From an uncultured delta proteobacterium (lineage in GTDB: Bacteria; Desulfobacterota; Syntrophia; Syntrophales; Smithellaceae): a stretch of DNA of 64,000 nt. Below the pieces are notes generated by a model. It was not told the DNA's origin and did no database searches. It saw nothing but the letters and a program-made list of their open reading frames with translations. Below, piece after piece: positions 40,005 through 49,424 of this stretch. Position 1 is the stretch's first letter, and each line of letters opens with the position of its first letter. Made by a program: the position numbers and the translations under genes. The stretch is taken from contig CAVXLI010000025.1 of the NCBI GenBank assembly GCA_963762595.1, forward strand, positions 90,366 to 154,365, given 5' to 3'.

Positions 40005-42598
40005 TTAGAGTTTCCTTTCCAACTGTTCATTTATATAAGATTCAATTACATCACCCACATGAATATCGTTAAATCCGTCAATGCTGATGCCGCATTCAAA
40101 ACCCGCAAGCACTTCTCTGGCATCGTCTTTAAAGCGCTTCAAGGATAAGGATTTTCCCGTCGAAAACCACTACACTGTCGCGGACAAGTTTCAGATTGGC
40201 ATTGCGCATTATTTTCCCGTCGGTCACATAGCATCCGGCAATAGTGCCGATTTTAGGCACTTTGAAAAGTTCGCGCACTTCTGCCCGTCCCTGAACGACT
40301 TCTTTGTATTCCGGCTCCAGGAGCCCTTCCATGGCTGCCCGCACATCGGCAATAACATTGTAAATAATATCATAAAGCTTGATTTCCACGCCTTCCTGTT
40401 GGGCAATTTCAACCACCCGCGCATCAGGTCGGACATTAAATCCGATAATAATAGCATTGGAAGCGGAAGCAAGCATAACATCCGTTTCGCTGATGGCGCC
40501 GGTGGAACTATGAATAATTTTGAGTTTTATATCATCAGTCGAAAGTTTATTCAAAGCGTCGGAAATCGCTTCAATCGATCCCCGCACGTCGGCTTTGATA
40601 ATGACATTGAAGTCTTTTACACCTTCTTTTATTTTTTGATAAAGCTGTTCTAATGTAATTTTGGAAGAAGCGGAAAGCTCTTTTTCTCTTGTTTTTCTTA
40701 TCCAATATTCGGCAATGCCGCGCGCTTTCTTTTCATCTTCGACACAGAAAAATTCTGCTCCGATTTGCGGAACACTGGAAAAACCGATAACTTCCACCGG
40801 CATGGACGGACCGGCTTCCTTGATGCGTCTTCCCTGATCATTAATCATTGCCCGCACGCGGCCAGATTCGGTCTTGGAAACAAAGGAATCTCCTTCTTTC
40901 AGAGTGCCTTCCTGAATTAAAACCGTTGCTACAGGACCGCGACCGCGATCCAATTTAGCCTCGATAATAATGCCGCGGGCAGGACGATCGGGATCGGCTT
41001 TTAACTCCATAACATCGGCCTGCAGTAAAATCATTTCCAGCAATTCTTCAATCTCCTTTTTCTTTTTGGCGGAAACTTCGCAAAAAATGGTTTCGCCGCC
41101 CCATTGTTCGGATAAAAGACCGTGTTCGGTAAGAGACTGTTTAATTTTTTCGGGATCAGCGCCGGGCTTATCAATTTTATTGATAGCCACGATAATAGGC
41201 ACTCCGGCAACTTTGGAGTGATTAATGGCTTCGATGGTTTGTCCCATTACGCCATCGTCGGCGGCGACAACCAAAACAACTATATCGGTTACCTGCGCTC
41301 CGCGCGCCCGCATCGCCGTAAACGCTTCGTGTCCGGGAGTATCCAGAAAAACTATATCGCGTCCATTGATGTGGACATGATAAGCGCCGATGGCCTGTGT
41401 AATTCCACCGGCTTCTCCGTCAATAACATTGGACTGTCTTATGACGTCTAAAAGAGAGGTTTTACCATGATCGACATGCCCCATGATAGTAACAACAGGC
41501 GCCCGCGGTTTGAGATTTTCCGGAGATGCAGCAGTTTTTAAAATGGATTCGTCAAATTCCAGTTCCGCTTTTTCCACCTGGAAACTGAATTCATTGGCCA
41601 CAATGGTGGCAATATCATAATCTATGGATTGATTAATGGTGGCCATAACACCCATGGACATTAATTTGTTGATTACTTCGCTTGCCTTAACGCCCATTCT
41701 TTTGGCTAGATCGCCGACTGAGATTGTTTCTCCAATCTTGATGCGCCTTTTAATTGCCTTGGGAACGGTAATTTCTGTTTTCTTCATTTTGACGGGAGCG
41801 ACTTTTTTCTCATCCCGCCATTTGGTAAAAATTACTTCCCTTTCTTCATCCTGTTTTCTTAACTTCTTTTCTATTTTTTTCTCTAAAACTTTGCGGCGCG
41901 GTACTTCTTTTTCCTCTTCAATAAATACTTCTACCGGCCCCTTGCCTTTTTTCTTTGGTTTTTCAAATTCCTTCTTGATTTGGTTTTTCGGGTGGAGGAA
42001 TAATTATTTTTTCGCCGGGCTTTTAGCGGCGCTTTCGGCGGAATTCCTTTTCTTGTTTCCGGCTGCGATGATTTTGTGTTTAGAAATGATCGCTGGTTTT
42101 TTGTATTTCTCAACTCTCCGATTGTTTCCACGGCCGGCTTGCCCTTTATTGTCGGCGCTATCCACATCTGCTTCGCTTTTCGGTATTTTTTTCCTGGTCT
42201 CGACAAAAGCTGTCGGAGCTCCAGGAACCGGAGGTTTAGTTACCTCTTCCTTTTTATCTTTGTCGGCTTTTTCTGACGGCTGTGATTAAAGCTTCGTCTT
42301 CCGGCTTTTCTGCTAACTCTGCTTCCGGATGATCTTCTTCTTCTAACGCAGGCGGCATCTTCTCGGGAGTGCGAACAGTACGACGCCGAATTACCGTGGA
42401 TTTTATTCTTTCCTCTACAATTTCGCGAGATTCACTGGCCAGCAATACATCTTTTATTTTTTCCACTTCATCATCTTCCAAAGAACTGGAATGGGACTTG
42501 ACTGTAATGCCGATTTTTTCCAAATGAGCGATTAGTTCTTTATTTTCCAGATCCAGTTCCTTGGCCAATTCATGAACTCGCTTTTTCGGCATGCGCAA
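40005..42598 (-). CDS. infB: Translation initiation factor IF-2, disrupted as assembled (at least four frame switches)
   Basis: The N-terminus is ORF 42254-42598. The G-domain and C-terminal domains are ORF 40129-41787 ([24 protein letters not shown]). The last 41 aa ([16 protein letters not shown]) are in another frame and end at TAA 40005-40007. Confidence 0.9.
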
Positions 42599-42630
42599 AA
42601 CTCCCTAAATTAAATTTCTTAGTTCTGAAA

Positions 42631-43897
42631 TTATGAATCTTTTTTATTGCTCAGAGCTTCTTCGTCTAAAATTTTACCGGCTGTTTCAATCCATTGCAGG
42701 GCTGTTTTTTCACCTACGCCGGGAATCGAAGATAATAATTCGGGCTCAGCCGCCGCAACCATGGCAATGCTCTTAATGCCTTTGCTAAAGAGTTTTTCCG
42801 CCATAGCCGGACCTACTCCGGTAAGTTTTGTCAAATCCGTTTGTCCTTCCTCTTCTTTTTCCGCGGCCATTGTTTCGCTTTTCACATCAATTTTCCATCC
42901 GGTCAGCTTAACCGCCAGCCGGACATTCTGCCCGTTTTTACCGATGGCCAGAGAAAGCTGATCATCGGGAACAATTACCGTCATCGTCCGGTTTTCATCA
43001 TCAACAAATACCCGGTTGACCTTGGCCGGAGATAGGGCGCTGCTTACATATTTGGCCGCATCATCGGTGTAAGGAATAATATCGATTTTCTCACCGCGCA
43101 ATTCCTGCACCACGCTTTGCACCCGCGAACCTCTCATGCCCACGCAGGCGCCCACCGGATCAATATCCTTATCCTTGGCGCTGACGGCAATTTTTCCTCG
43201 TTTTGCCCGGCTCGCGGGCCACGCTGACAATATCAATAAGCCCTTCGGAAATTTCCGGAACTTCCACTTCAAAAAGCGCTTTCAAAAATGACGGATGAGT
43301 GCGGGACAGAATTATTTGCGATCCTTTGGTATTCTTTTTTACATCAACAATATAAGAACGGATTCTTTCGCCGCGTTTATAGGTTTCGCGATGAATTTGT
43401 TCCGCCGGAGGCACAACGCCTTCCGCGCGTCCCAGATTGACAATAATGCTGCCGCCTTCAAATCTCTGGACAAATCCGTTGACCAATTCGCCTTTTCGGT
43501 CTTTGTATTCTTCATAAATATTATCGCGTTCCGCGTCTTTGACTCGTTGAATAATTATTTGCTTGGCCATTTGCACGGCAATTCGGCCAAAGGAACTTGT
43601 TTCGATTTTCATTCCTAAACTATCGCCGGGTTCGGCGCCTTCATCAAGAGTTTTTCTCGCTTCTTCTTTGGAGATTTGCGTTTCCGGATCAAGCACCTTA
43701 TCCACAACGGTTTTGAATTGAAAAACTTCAATTTCTCCGGTCTCATCGTTGTAATGGGCTTCGATATCCACGTTTTGTCCTAATTTTTTACGCGCAGCAG
43801 TAAGCATTGCCGCTTCCAGGGCTTCGGTAATAATTTCTTTATCTATACCTCTGTCCTTACCCATCTGCTCGATCAGACGTTTAAGTTCTGGCAACAT
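42631..43897 (-). CDS. nusA: Transcription termination/antitermination factor NusA, disrupted as assembled (one frame switch at the T4 run 43201-43204)
   Basis: Dropping one base of the run joins ..VSVAREPGK to [27 protein letters not shown]. The S1 and KH domains are present. Confidence 0.9.
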
Positions 43898-43973
43898 TTA
43901 CAAATTCCTCCCTTTTCTTCGCTGAGATATCGTAGAAATTTCAGCCTGCCGGCATTAATTCCTGCTTTAATTC

Positions 43974-44448
43974 TTAATTCTTGTCATCGGCAAGATTGGC
44001 TTTGACAATCTCTTCTTGCGGAATCCGATAAGTTTTTCCGGAAACTTCCATCAAAACCATTTTTCGGCCTTCCTCTTCGATGTAATCCACAAGAATGCCG
44101 TGAAAATTTTTCATGCCTTCAATTTTTACTCCTGTTTTTATATTTACTCTGGAGTTTCTTATATTTTACAAAATCCTCATCGCGCGATATCGGCCGGTCA
44201 AAACCGGGAGAAGAAACTTCCAGCGTGTAAGCGCCTTTAATCAAATCATTGATATCAAAGATATCGCCCAACTGATTGCTTACGCCAGTACAATCATCAA
44301 GCGTTATCCCGTTTTCCTTATCCAGATAAAGCCGGATAATCCAGCGCGTATGCATTTTGATGCATTCAACATGGATTAACTCCATTCCTTCAGAGGCGAC
44401 AACCGGCTCGGCCAATTGCCTGATTTTTTCTTTTACATCAAAATCCAT
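43974..44448 (-). CDS. rimP: Ribosome maturation factor RimP, disrupted as assembled (one frame switch near 44150)
   Basis: ORF 44119-44448 (YTLEVSSPGFDRP) plus the shifted C-terminus VNIKTGVKIEGMKNFHGILVDY.. end at TAA 43974-43976. Confidence 0.8.
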
Positions 44449-44457
44449 AATGGCTCA

Positions 44458-44486
44458 GAAAATAAAAAAGTGGGCAAGTGCCCACT
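44458..44486 (-). terminator. Rho-independent terminator between the tRNA/repeat block and rimP
   Basis: On the minus strand, AGTGGGC-actt-GCCCACT forms a 7-bp stem followed by TTTTTTATTTT. Confidence 0.65.
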
Positions 44487-44582
44487 CATCAATACACAAT
44501 AATCGATGGCTTAATAAATCAGGTAGCACAGTATAGCAGGCAATGCAAGAATTATTTCTGCGGTCTGAAAGCTGCTAAGTAG

Positions 44583-44862
44583 TTAATCACGGGTATAAAT
44601 TCCAAAGCACGCTTTGGAATTTATACCCTCCGCTGTGCGGGATAATTCGACTAACGAATTTCAGCGGCAGTGATCTTTAGATTAGTGCTCCGCTTTCAAA
44701 GCTGTGTCATTATCGCTTACGCGGGATAATTCGACTAACCAATTTCAGTACACTGCGTTTATATTATTATGGAGTCATTAATCCCGATTCGCTGCGCTCA
44801 CGGGATAATTCGCTCATCAAACTTTAGTGCGCTCCGCTTCTAAAGTTTGTGGCTCATTAAAA
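44583..44862. repeat. Mosaic hairpin-module repeat cluster (locus R5) immediately 3' of tRNA-Gly
   Basis: In minus-strand reading there are about 7 modules separated by cgaattat, attaat and ttagtcgaattat (twice). They include a perfect 18-bp-arm hairpin at 44591-44628 and a CAAACTTTAG..CTAAAGTTTG hairpin. Confidence 0.85.
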
Positions 44863-44937
44863 TGGAGCGGGCGATGGGGCTCGAACCCACGACGTCCAGC
44901 TTGGGAAGCTGACATTCTACCACTGAATTACGCCCGC
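44863..44937 (-). tRNA. tRNA-Gly (anticodon CCC), CCA encoded
   Basis: I folded the cloverleaf by hand. The acceptor stem is GCGGGCG/CGCCCGC, the D arm is ATTC-AGTGGTA-GAAT, the anticodon arm is TCAGC-TTCCCAA-GCTGG, and the T arm is GTGGG-TTCGAGC-CCCAT. The discriminator is T, followed by CCA. Confidence 0.9.
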
Positions 44938-44991
44938 TCGAGAACTGAGAATCTTATTCAACAGTAATTATTTGTCAAGGTGTTTTAATAA

Positions 44992-45090
44992 GACTCAAGT
45001 TTGAGGAACGTAGTGAATAACCTAAAGGTCACATGCTGCTGAAACTTGTAAGTCGAATTATCCCGATAGCGTAGTGTGTCGGGATTGATG
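44992..45090. repeat. Mosaic hairpin-module repeat cluster (locus R6) upstream of tRNA-Gly
   Basis: A CAAGTTT..AAACTTG hairpin with AACCTAAAGGTCAC in its loop is followed by the linker taagtcgaattat and CCCGAtagcgtagtgtgTCGGG. Confidence 0.8.
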
Positions 45091-45279
45091 GACTACTAAG
45101 GTTATTTTGATTTGTATTCCTTTGTAATCATGCATTTATTTCCTTTTGGAAAAAAATAACATGTGTTATGATAATATTCAAAATACGCGTGACCCTTAGG
45201 TTATCGGAAAAAACAAAGTTCGTATATTAATTGTTATGTGTATATATATATCAACAACACTAAAAAAGGAGGATAAAAC

Positions 45280-45693
45280 ATGTCTAAAGAACTCAAGGTT
45301 AGATGGGGTTGGCTCAAGGGAATGTATATTTATACCATTCTTGGCGCGGGTGGATTCGGGTTGGGAATAATTGTCATGCCTGATGTTATGCGATCAATGT
45401 ACGGCTGGCCAAGTCAAGATCCTATTGTTTTAGGTATTGTTGGTAGCGTCTACCTTTCATTCGGGCTTTTGTCCATCTTGGGTCTTCGGTCTCCTCTGAA
45501 ATTTGTCCCAATTTTATTGCTTCAGTTGAGCTACAAGGTTGTCTGGTTCATTGGCGTGCTTCTGCCTATTCTATTTGCTGGTAAGTTTCAGAATTATGCT
45601 CTGCTCTATGTTTTAATTTTCGTCACCTATATCATCGGAGACCTAATCGCGATACCTTTTTCATATGTTTTCGCCAAACAGTCAGATCGGTAG
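45280..45693 (+). CDS. Small integral membrane protein of unknown function (cassette 1)
   Basis: This is an intact 137-aa ORF with the strong RBS aaggagg and about four hydrophobic helices. I recognise no family. Confidence 0.6.
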   Translation: MSKELKVRWGWLKGMYIYTILGAGGFGLGIIVMPDVMRSMYGWPSQDPIVLGIVGSVYLSFGLLSILGLRSPLKFVPILLLQLSYKVVWFIGVLLPILFAGKFQNYALLYVLIFVTYIIGDLIAIPFSYVFAKQSDR

Positions 45694-45733
45694 AGCAAAT
45701 CATTACGGGAGAAGGCTATCAAACAAAAAGGCC

Positions 45734-45790
45734 ACATAACCAGCAGATGCAGCCGCCCGCTTACAGCGGCGGTTGATCCAGTCGTTAGCT
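45734..45790 (+). other. attC-like recombination site 1 (57 nt)
   Basis: The site reads ACATAAC-cagca-GAT-[g]CAGCCGCC[c]GCT-tac-AGCGGCGGTTG-ATC-cagtc-GTTAGCT. There are 14 pairs, and both unpaired extra bases are on the 5' arm. Confidence 0.55.
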
Positions 45791-45862
45791 ATTAAAAAAG
45801 AAAATGGTTGCCGTTATAACGTTTTAGTGCTATAGTTACATAACAACAAAGGAGGTGATATT

Positions 45863-46097
45863 ATGGGAACAGCGGCAATGCGTGCCACTGTATATTTGGA
45901 CCCGGAATTACACAAAGCACTTACGATTAAAAGCAGTTGAAACCTCACAGTCCTTATCGAAGCTTGTGAATGATGCCATCAAGGAAGCCCTCGCGGAAGA
46001 TGCTGAAGATATTGCAGCCTTTGAGGAAAGAGCCAAAGAGCCGTTAATCAGCTATGACGCGATGATCAAGAGGCTGAAAAAAGATGGCCGAATATAA
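45863..46097 (+). CDS. RHH (RelB/ParD-like) antitoxin, disrupted as assembled (one frame switch at the A4 run 45929-45932)
   Basis: MGTAAMRATVYLDPELHKALTIK joins AVETSQSLSKLVNDAIKEAL.. if the A4 run is read as A3. It overlaps the toxin start by 14 nt. Confidence 0.7.
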
Positions 46098-46341
46098 AAT
46101 CTATTTTAAAGAATCTGTTGAAAAGGATTTCCGTACAATACCAAAGAAAGATCTACAGAAGATCATCCTTCGCATTGAGGCGCTCGCAAGAGACCCGAGG
46201 CCACCGGGCCACGAAAAACTTACAGGACAAGAGAGATATCGTGTCCGTCAAGGTCATTACAGGATAATCTATTCTATTCAGGATAAAGAACTTACAATTT
46301 GGGTAGTAAAGATAGGACATCGAAAAGATATTTACCGATGA
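46084..46341 (+). CDS. RelE/ParE-family toxin
   Basis: This is an intact 85-aa ORF reading ..RIEALARDPRPPGHEKLTG..YRVRQGHYRIIYSIQD..LTIWVVKIGHRKDIY. Confidence 0.8.
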   Translation: MAEYKIYFKESVEKDFRTIPKKDLQKIILRIEALARDPRPPGHEKLTGQERYRVRQGHYRIIYSIQDKELTIWVVKIGHRKDIYR

Positions 46342-46396
46342 AGCGAACAAGTCAATATAGCCGATTGCTATGTTCCGGCTGATTTTTGCGTTAGGC
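46342..46396 (+). other. attC-like recombination site 2 (55 nt), starting directly after the relE stop codon
   Basis: The site reads AGCGAAC-aagtc-AAT-[a]T-AGCCG-attgctatgttc-CGGCT-G-ATT-tttgc-GTTAGGC. The extra base is on the 5' arm. Confidence 0.55.
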
Positions 46397-46425
46397 TTTT
46401 TATTTTACAGACCAATTTTATTGTT

Positions 46426-46503
46426 GAAACTCCAATTCCGAAAGTGAAGCGTATCGGAATTGGTAAGTTGAACAATCCCGCAGCTTGCTGCGGAATGAGT
46501 TTC
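46426..46503. repeat. Mosaic hairpin-module repeat cluster (locus R7)
   Basis: The sequence reads GAAACTC + CCAATTCCGAaagtgaagcgtaTCGGAATTGG + taagttgaacaat + CCGCAGCttGCTGCGG + aatGAGTTTC, so the termini are inverted. Confidence 0.8.
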
Positions 46504-46509
46504 CAAAGC

Positions 46510-46866
46510 TTACTTTAGGGGTTCATACCCGTGATTTACGATTAGCCCTTTTTCCTGCAATATTTTTATAACGGTATCTGAATTTTCCACGGTAAACCCA
46601 ATACGCCACCATTTATAACGGATGAAAGCGAAAAATATCTTGTCCCGTTTGTATCTCTGAAAATCCTTGGGAAACCAGGTTTTGAAATCTCCGGTGCCGT
46701 GGAAGCGGAATTTTCCATTCCAAAGGGAAGATTTCTTAACGACGATTTTTTCAATTTCGGAGAATAACACCATCCTGTCGCGTTCAAAAAAACCGTAACG
46801 CTTGAAAAGAATGCTTTTATTCGTAATCGCAACCAAAGAATCAGAATAAATAACATCTTTAGCCAT
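46510..46866 (-). CDS. Hypothetical protein (118 aa), translationally coupled to hisD
   Basis: This is an intact ORF whose start overlaps the hisD stop by 8 nt. I recognise no motif with confidence. Confidence 0.5.
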   Translation of the reverse strand: MAKDVIYSDSLVAITNKSILFKRYGFFERDRMVLFSEIEKIVVKKSSLWNGKFRFHGTGDFKTWFPKDFQRYKRDKIFFAFIRYKWWRIGFTVENSDTVIKILQEKGLIVNHGYEPLK

Positions 46867-48172
46867 CTTTGCTTCCTTTTTTGATATTATTATTTCTCAC
46901 GATTACCGAACTGGCATGAGCATCGAGCCCTTCCATTTGGGCAAAGCGAGCCGTTTGCTTGCCGAGTTTTTCCAGAGCTTTCCGCGAAAAGGAAAGAACG
47001 TTCATCCGTTTATAGAAGTCATAAACGCCCAGCGGAGATGAAAAACGCGCCGTTCCTCCCGTAGGCAAAATGTGGTTTACGCCAGCAAGGTAATCGCCCA
47101 GTGCCTCCGGTGTAAATGACCCCAGGAAAACAGAGCCCGCGTTGCAAATTTGTTTTAAAATTTTTTCCGGATTCTCCACCATCAATTCCAGATGTTCCGG
47201 TGCGAAAAGATTTACCATCTCCACCGCTTCCTTTATATTTTTGGTGATGATAATCGCGCCATATTTTGTAAGTGAGCTTTCTATTATTTCCTTCCTCGAC
47301 AGTGATTTTAATTGATTATCAATTTCCTGTGATACTTCGCGGGCGAAATTTTCAGAAGGTGTCAAAAGAACAGCCGCAGCCATTTCATCGTGTTCGGCTT
47401 GCGCCAGCATATCCGCTGCCGCAAAAGAAGCTTTTGCCGTTTTATCGGTAACAATTATTATTTCGCTGGGGCCGGCAATCATGTCAATATCCACCTGGCC
47501 AAAAACCAGTTTCTTTGCTGCCGCGACGTATACGTTTCCCGGCCCGACAATTTTATCGACCTGGGGAATCGTTTTTGTGCCGTAAGCGAGCGCCGCTATA
47601 GCCTGTGCTCCGCCAATTTTGAATATGCGCTGGACGCCGCTTATTTCGGCTGCCGCGGCGGTTAGTGGATCCAATTTGCCGCCCTTGACGGGACTGACCA
47701 AAATAATTTCTTCCACTCCGGCCAGGCGTGCCGGAATAGCCGCCATGAGTAATGTTGATGGATAAAAAGCCTTGCCTCCGGGGGCGTAAATCCCTACGCG
47801 ACGCAAAGGTAGAATTCTCTGTCCTAATTCGATGCCTTTTTCGTCTTTAACGGACCAATTCTGCACGATTTGGTGGCGATGATATTTTTCGATACGTCCG
47901 GCAGCCAATTTGATAATTTTCCAATCTTCCGGCTTTACCTGTGTCAGCGCTTCTTTTCTTTGAGCAGGTGTCACTTCTACTGTTTTCTCATTTAATTCAT
48001 GGCGGTCAAATTTCGCTGTATAATGAAATAGAGCCTCATCTCCTTTGGCAGCAACATTGCTCACTATTTCCGCTACAGTTGATAAAAGTTCGGGGGTGAA
48101 AGCGCTGCCCCTTTGGCGCAATTTACGGAAAAATTCGACAAAATCAACAGCATCGGTTTTGATTATTTTCAT
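46859..48172 (-). CDS. hisD: Histidinol dehydrogenase
   Basis: This is an intact 437-aa ORF with IYAPGGKAFYPS, GPGNVYV, AGPSE and AQAEHD. Confidence 0.9.
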   Translation of the reverse strand: MKIIKTDAVDFVEFFRKLRQRGSAFTPELLSTVAEIVSNVAAKGDEALFHYTAKFDRHELNEKTVEVTPAQRKEALTQVKPEDWKIIKLAAGRIEKYHRHQIVQNWSVKDEKGIELGQRILPLRRVGIYAPGGKAFYPSTLLMAAIPARLAGVEEIILVSPVKGGKLDPLTAAAAEISGVQRIFKIGGAQAIAALAYGTKTIPQVDKIVGPGNVYVAAAKKLVFGQVDIDMIAGPSEIIIVTDKTAKASFAAADMLAQAEHDEMAAAVLLTPSENFAREVSQEIDNQLKSLSRKEIIESSLTKYGAIIITKNIKEAVEMVNLFAPEHLELMVENPEKILKQICNAGSVFLGSFTPEALGDYLAGVNHILPTGGTARFSSPLGVYDFYKRMNVLSFSRKALEKLGKQTARFAQMEGLDAHASSVIVRNNNIKKGSKDG

Positions 48173-48173
48173 T

Positions 48174-49424
48174 TTATTGTGCCATCCTTTTTATATTCGC
48201 ACCCAATGCGGAAAACTTTTTCTCTATTTCCTGATAACCGCGGTCAATATGATACACGCGGGAAATTTCCGTCGTGCCTTGCGCAGCAAGTGCCGCCAGA
48301 ATCAGAGAAGCAGAAGCGCGCAAATCCGTTGCCATCGTTTGTGCTCCGCGTAAAGCAGGCACTCCCCGGACAATCGCGCTACCGCCCTGAATAACGATAT
48401 CGGCCCCCATCCGCGTGAGTTCGCTTACATGCATGAAACGGTTTTCAAAAACAGTTTCGGAAATAACACTCAAACCGCTGCTTATGGACATATAAGCCAT
48501 CATCTGCGCCTGCAGGTCAGTGGGAAATCCCGGATGAGGGAGTGTTTTCACATCGATGCTGTTGATTTTTTTCCCCGCAGATACTTTCAGGCCGTTTTCT
48601 ATAGGAGAAATCTTCATGCCCGTGTCCCGCAGTTTGTTGATTAATGCTTCCATGTGGTGGGGATTGCAGCCGATTATGTTTAATTCGCCGCGCGTCATGC
48701 CGGCGGCAATCATAAAAGTTCCCGCCTCAATCCGGTCGGGAATTATTGTGGCTTCCGTAGGTTTCAGCGAGCTGACACCTTCAATCGTTATTACATCCGT
48801 TCCCGCTCCGCTGATTTTTGCTCCCATGCCCTTTAAAACATCCGCTAAGTTGACAATTTCCGGCTCACAGGCGGCATTGTTCAGGGAAGTAGTGCCTTCA
48901 GCCAAAGTTGCCGCCATCATTATATTTTCGGTGCCGGTTACCGTGGGTATGTCAAAATATATATCCGCGCCTTTCAGTTTTTTGGCTTTGGCTTCGATGT
49001 AGCCGTCATTCAATTCGACATGTGCTCCCAGTTCCTGCAAAGCTTTAATATGAAGATTTACAGGCCGGGCGCCGATGGCGCAGCCCCCGGGAAGAGAAAC
49101 GCGCGCGACACCCAGGCGGGCGACCAGCGGCCCCAAAACTAAAACGGAAGCCCGCATCGTCTTGACTAAATCATAAGAAGCCATATGGCCGATTATTTTA
49201 TCGACATTAATCTGGACAGTTTCATTACCTTCGATTTGAGCGCCGAGGCTCTTCAAAAGTTTTTTAATTGTTTTGATATCCATGAGATCCGGGATATTAT
49301 GAAACGTATTGGTTCCGCAGGTCAAGAGCGCCGAAGTCAAAACCGGCAGTGCGGCATTCTTTGCTCCGCTGATATGAACATCACCATGCAGAGGTTTACC
49401 TCCTTGAATAACTATTTTATCCAC
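48174..49424 (-). CDS. murA: UDP-N-acetylglucosamine 1-carboxyvinyltransferase
   Basis: This is an intact 416-aa ORF with [10 protein letters not shown] and [12 protein letters not shown]. Confidence 0.95.
   Translation of the reverse strand: MDKIVIQGGKPLHGDVHISGAKNAALPVLTSALLTCGTNTFHNIPDLMDIKTIKKLLKSLGAQIEGNETVQINVDKIIGHMASYDLVKTMRASVLVLGPLVARLGVARVSLPGGCAIGARPVNLHIKALQELGAHVELNDGYIEAKAKKLKGADIYFDIPTVTGTENIMMAATLAEGTTSLNNAACEPEIVNLADVLKGMGAKISGAGTDVITIEGVSSLKPTEATIIPDRIEAGTFMIAAGMTRGELNIIGCNPHHMEALINKLRDTGMKISPIENGLKVSAGKKINSIDVKTLPHPGFPTDLQAQMMAYMSISSGLSVISETVFENRFMHVSELTRMGADIVIQGGSAIVRGVPALRGAQTMATDLRASASLILAALAAQGTTEISRVYHIDRGYQEIEKKFSALGANIKRMAQ

Larger units (their letters stand above)
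45233..46396 (+). mobile_element. Integron-type two-cassette array (CALIN-like; no integrase or attI recognised in the window)
   Basis: There are two attC-like sites (45734-45790 and 46342-46396). The cassette boundaries are G|TTATGT (45233), G|TTAGCT (45784) and G|TTAGGC (46390). The R'' box of each site is complementary to the first 6 nt of its own cassette. Confidence 0.55.

Noticed and set aside
40081-42289. I considered the long + strand ORFs opposite infB (40081-40653, 41636-42289) as real genes. The same question applies to similar antisense ORFs at 18019-18579, 30531-31040, 20066-20554 and 60108-60656.
   Set aside because: They are shadow ORFs on the opposite strand of well-supported genes. 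They have low-complexity or compositionally odd translations, no RBS, and no recognisable domains.
40005-43897. I considered programmed ribosomal frameshifting in infB, nusA and other broken genes.
   Set aside because: There are no slippery-heptamer-plus-structure signatures. The events are scattered in dozens of unrelated genes, and none of these genes is known to use recoding. prfA (RF1), the release factor present here, is intact and is not the factor that uses a programmed shift.
45156-45169. I considered the mini-palindrome ATAACA-tg-TGTTAT, and the stretch from there to GTTATGT (45233), as a third attC or an attI site closing the cassette array on the tRNA side.
   Set aside because: The arms beyond ATAAC/GTTAT do not pair when folded by hand. 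There are no inner boxes at 5-nt spacing, and the palindrome itself is far too short for an attC. The left boundary of the array therefore remains undefined.
44863-45280. I considered a tRNA-Gly-targeted genomic island or prophage remnant.
   Set aside because: The window contains no integrase, no direct repeat of the tRNA 3' end, and no phage genes. Only small repeats and the two cassettes are present.
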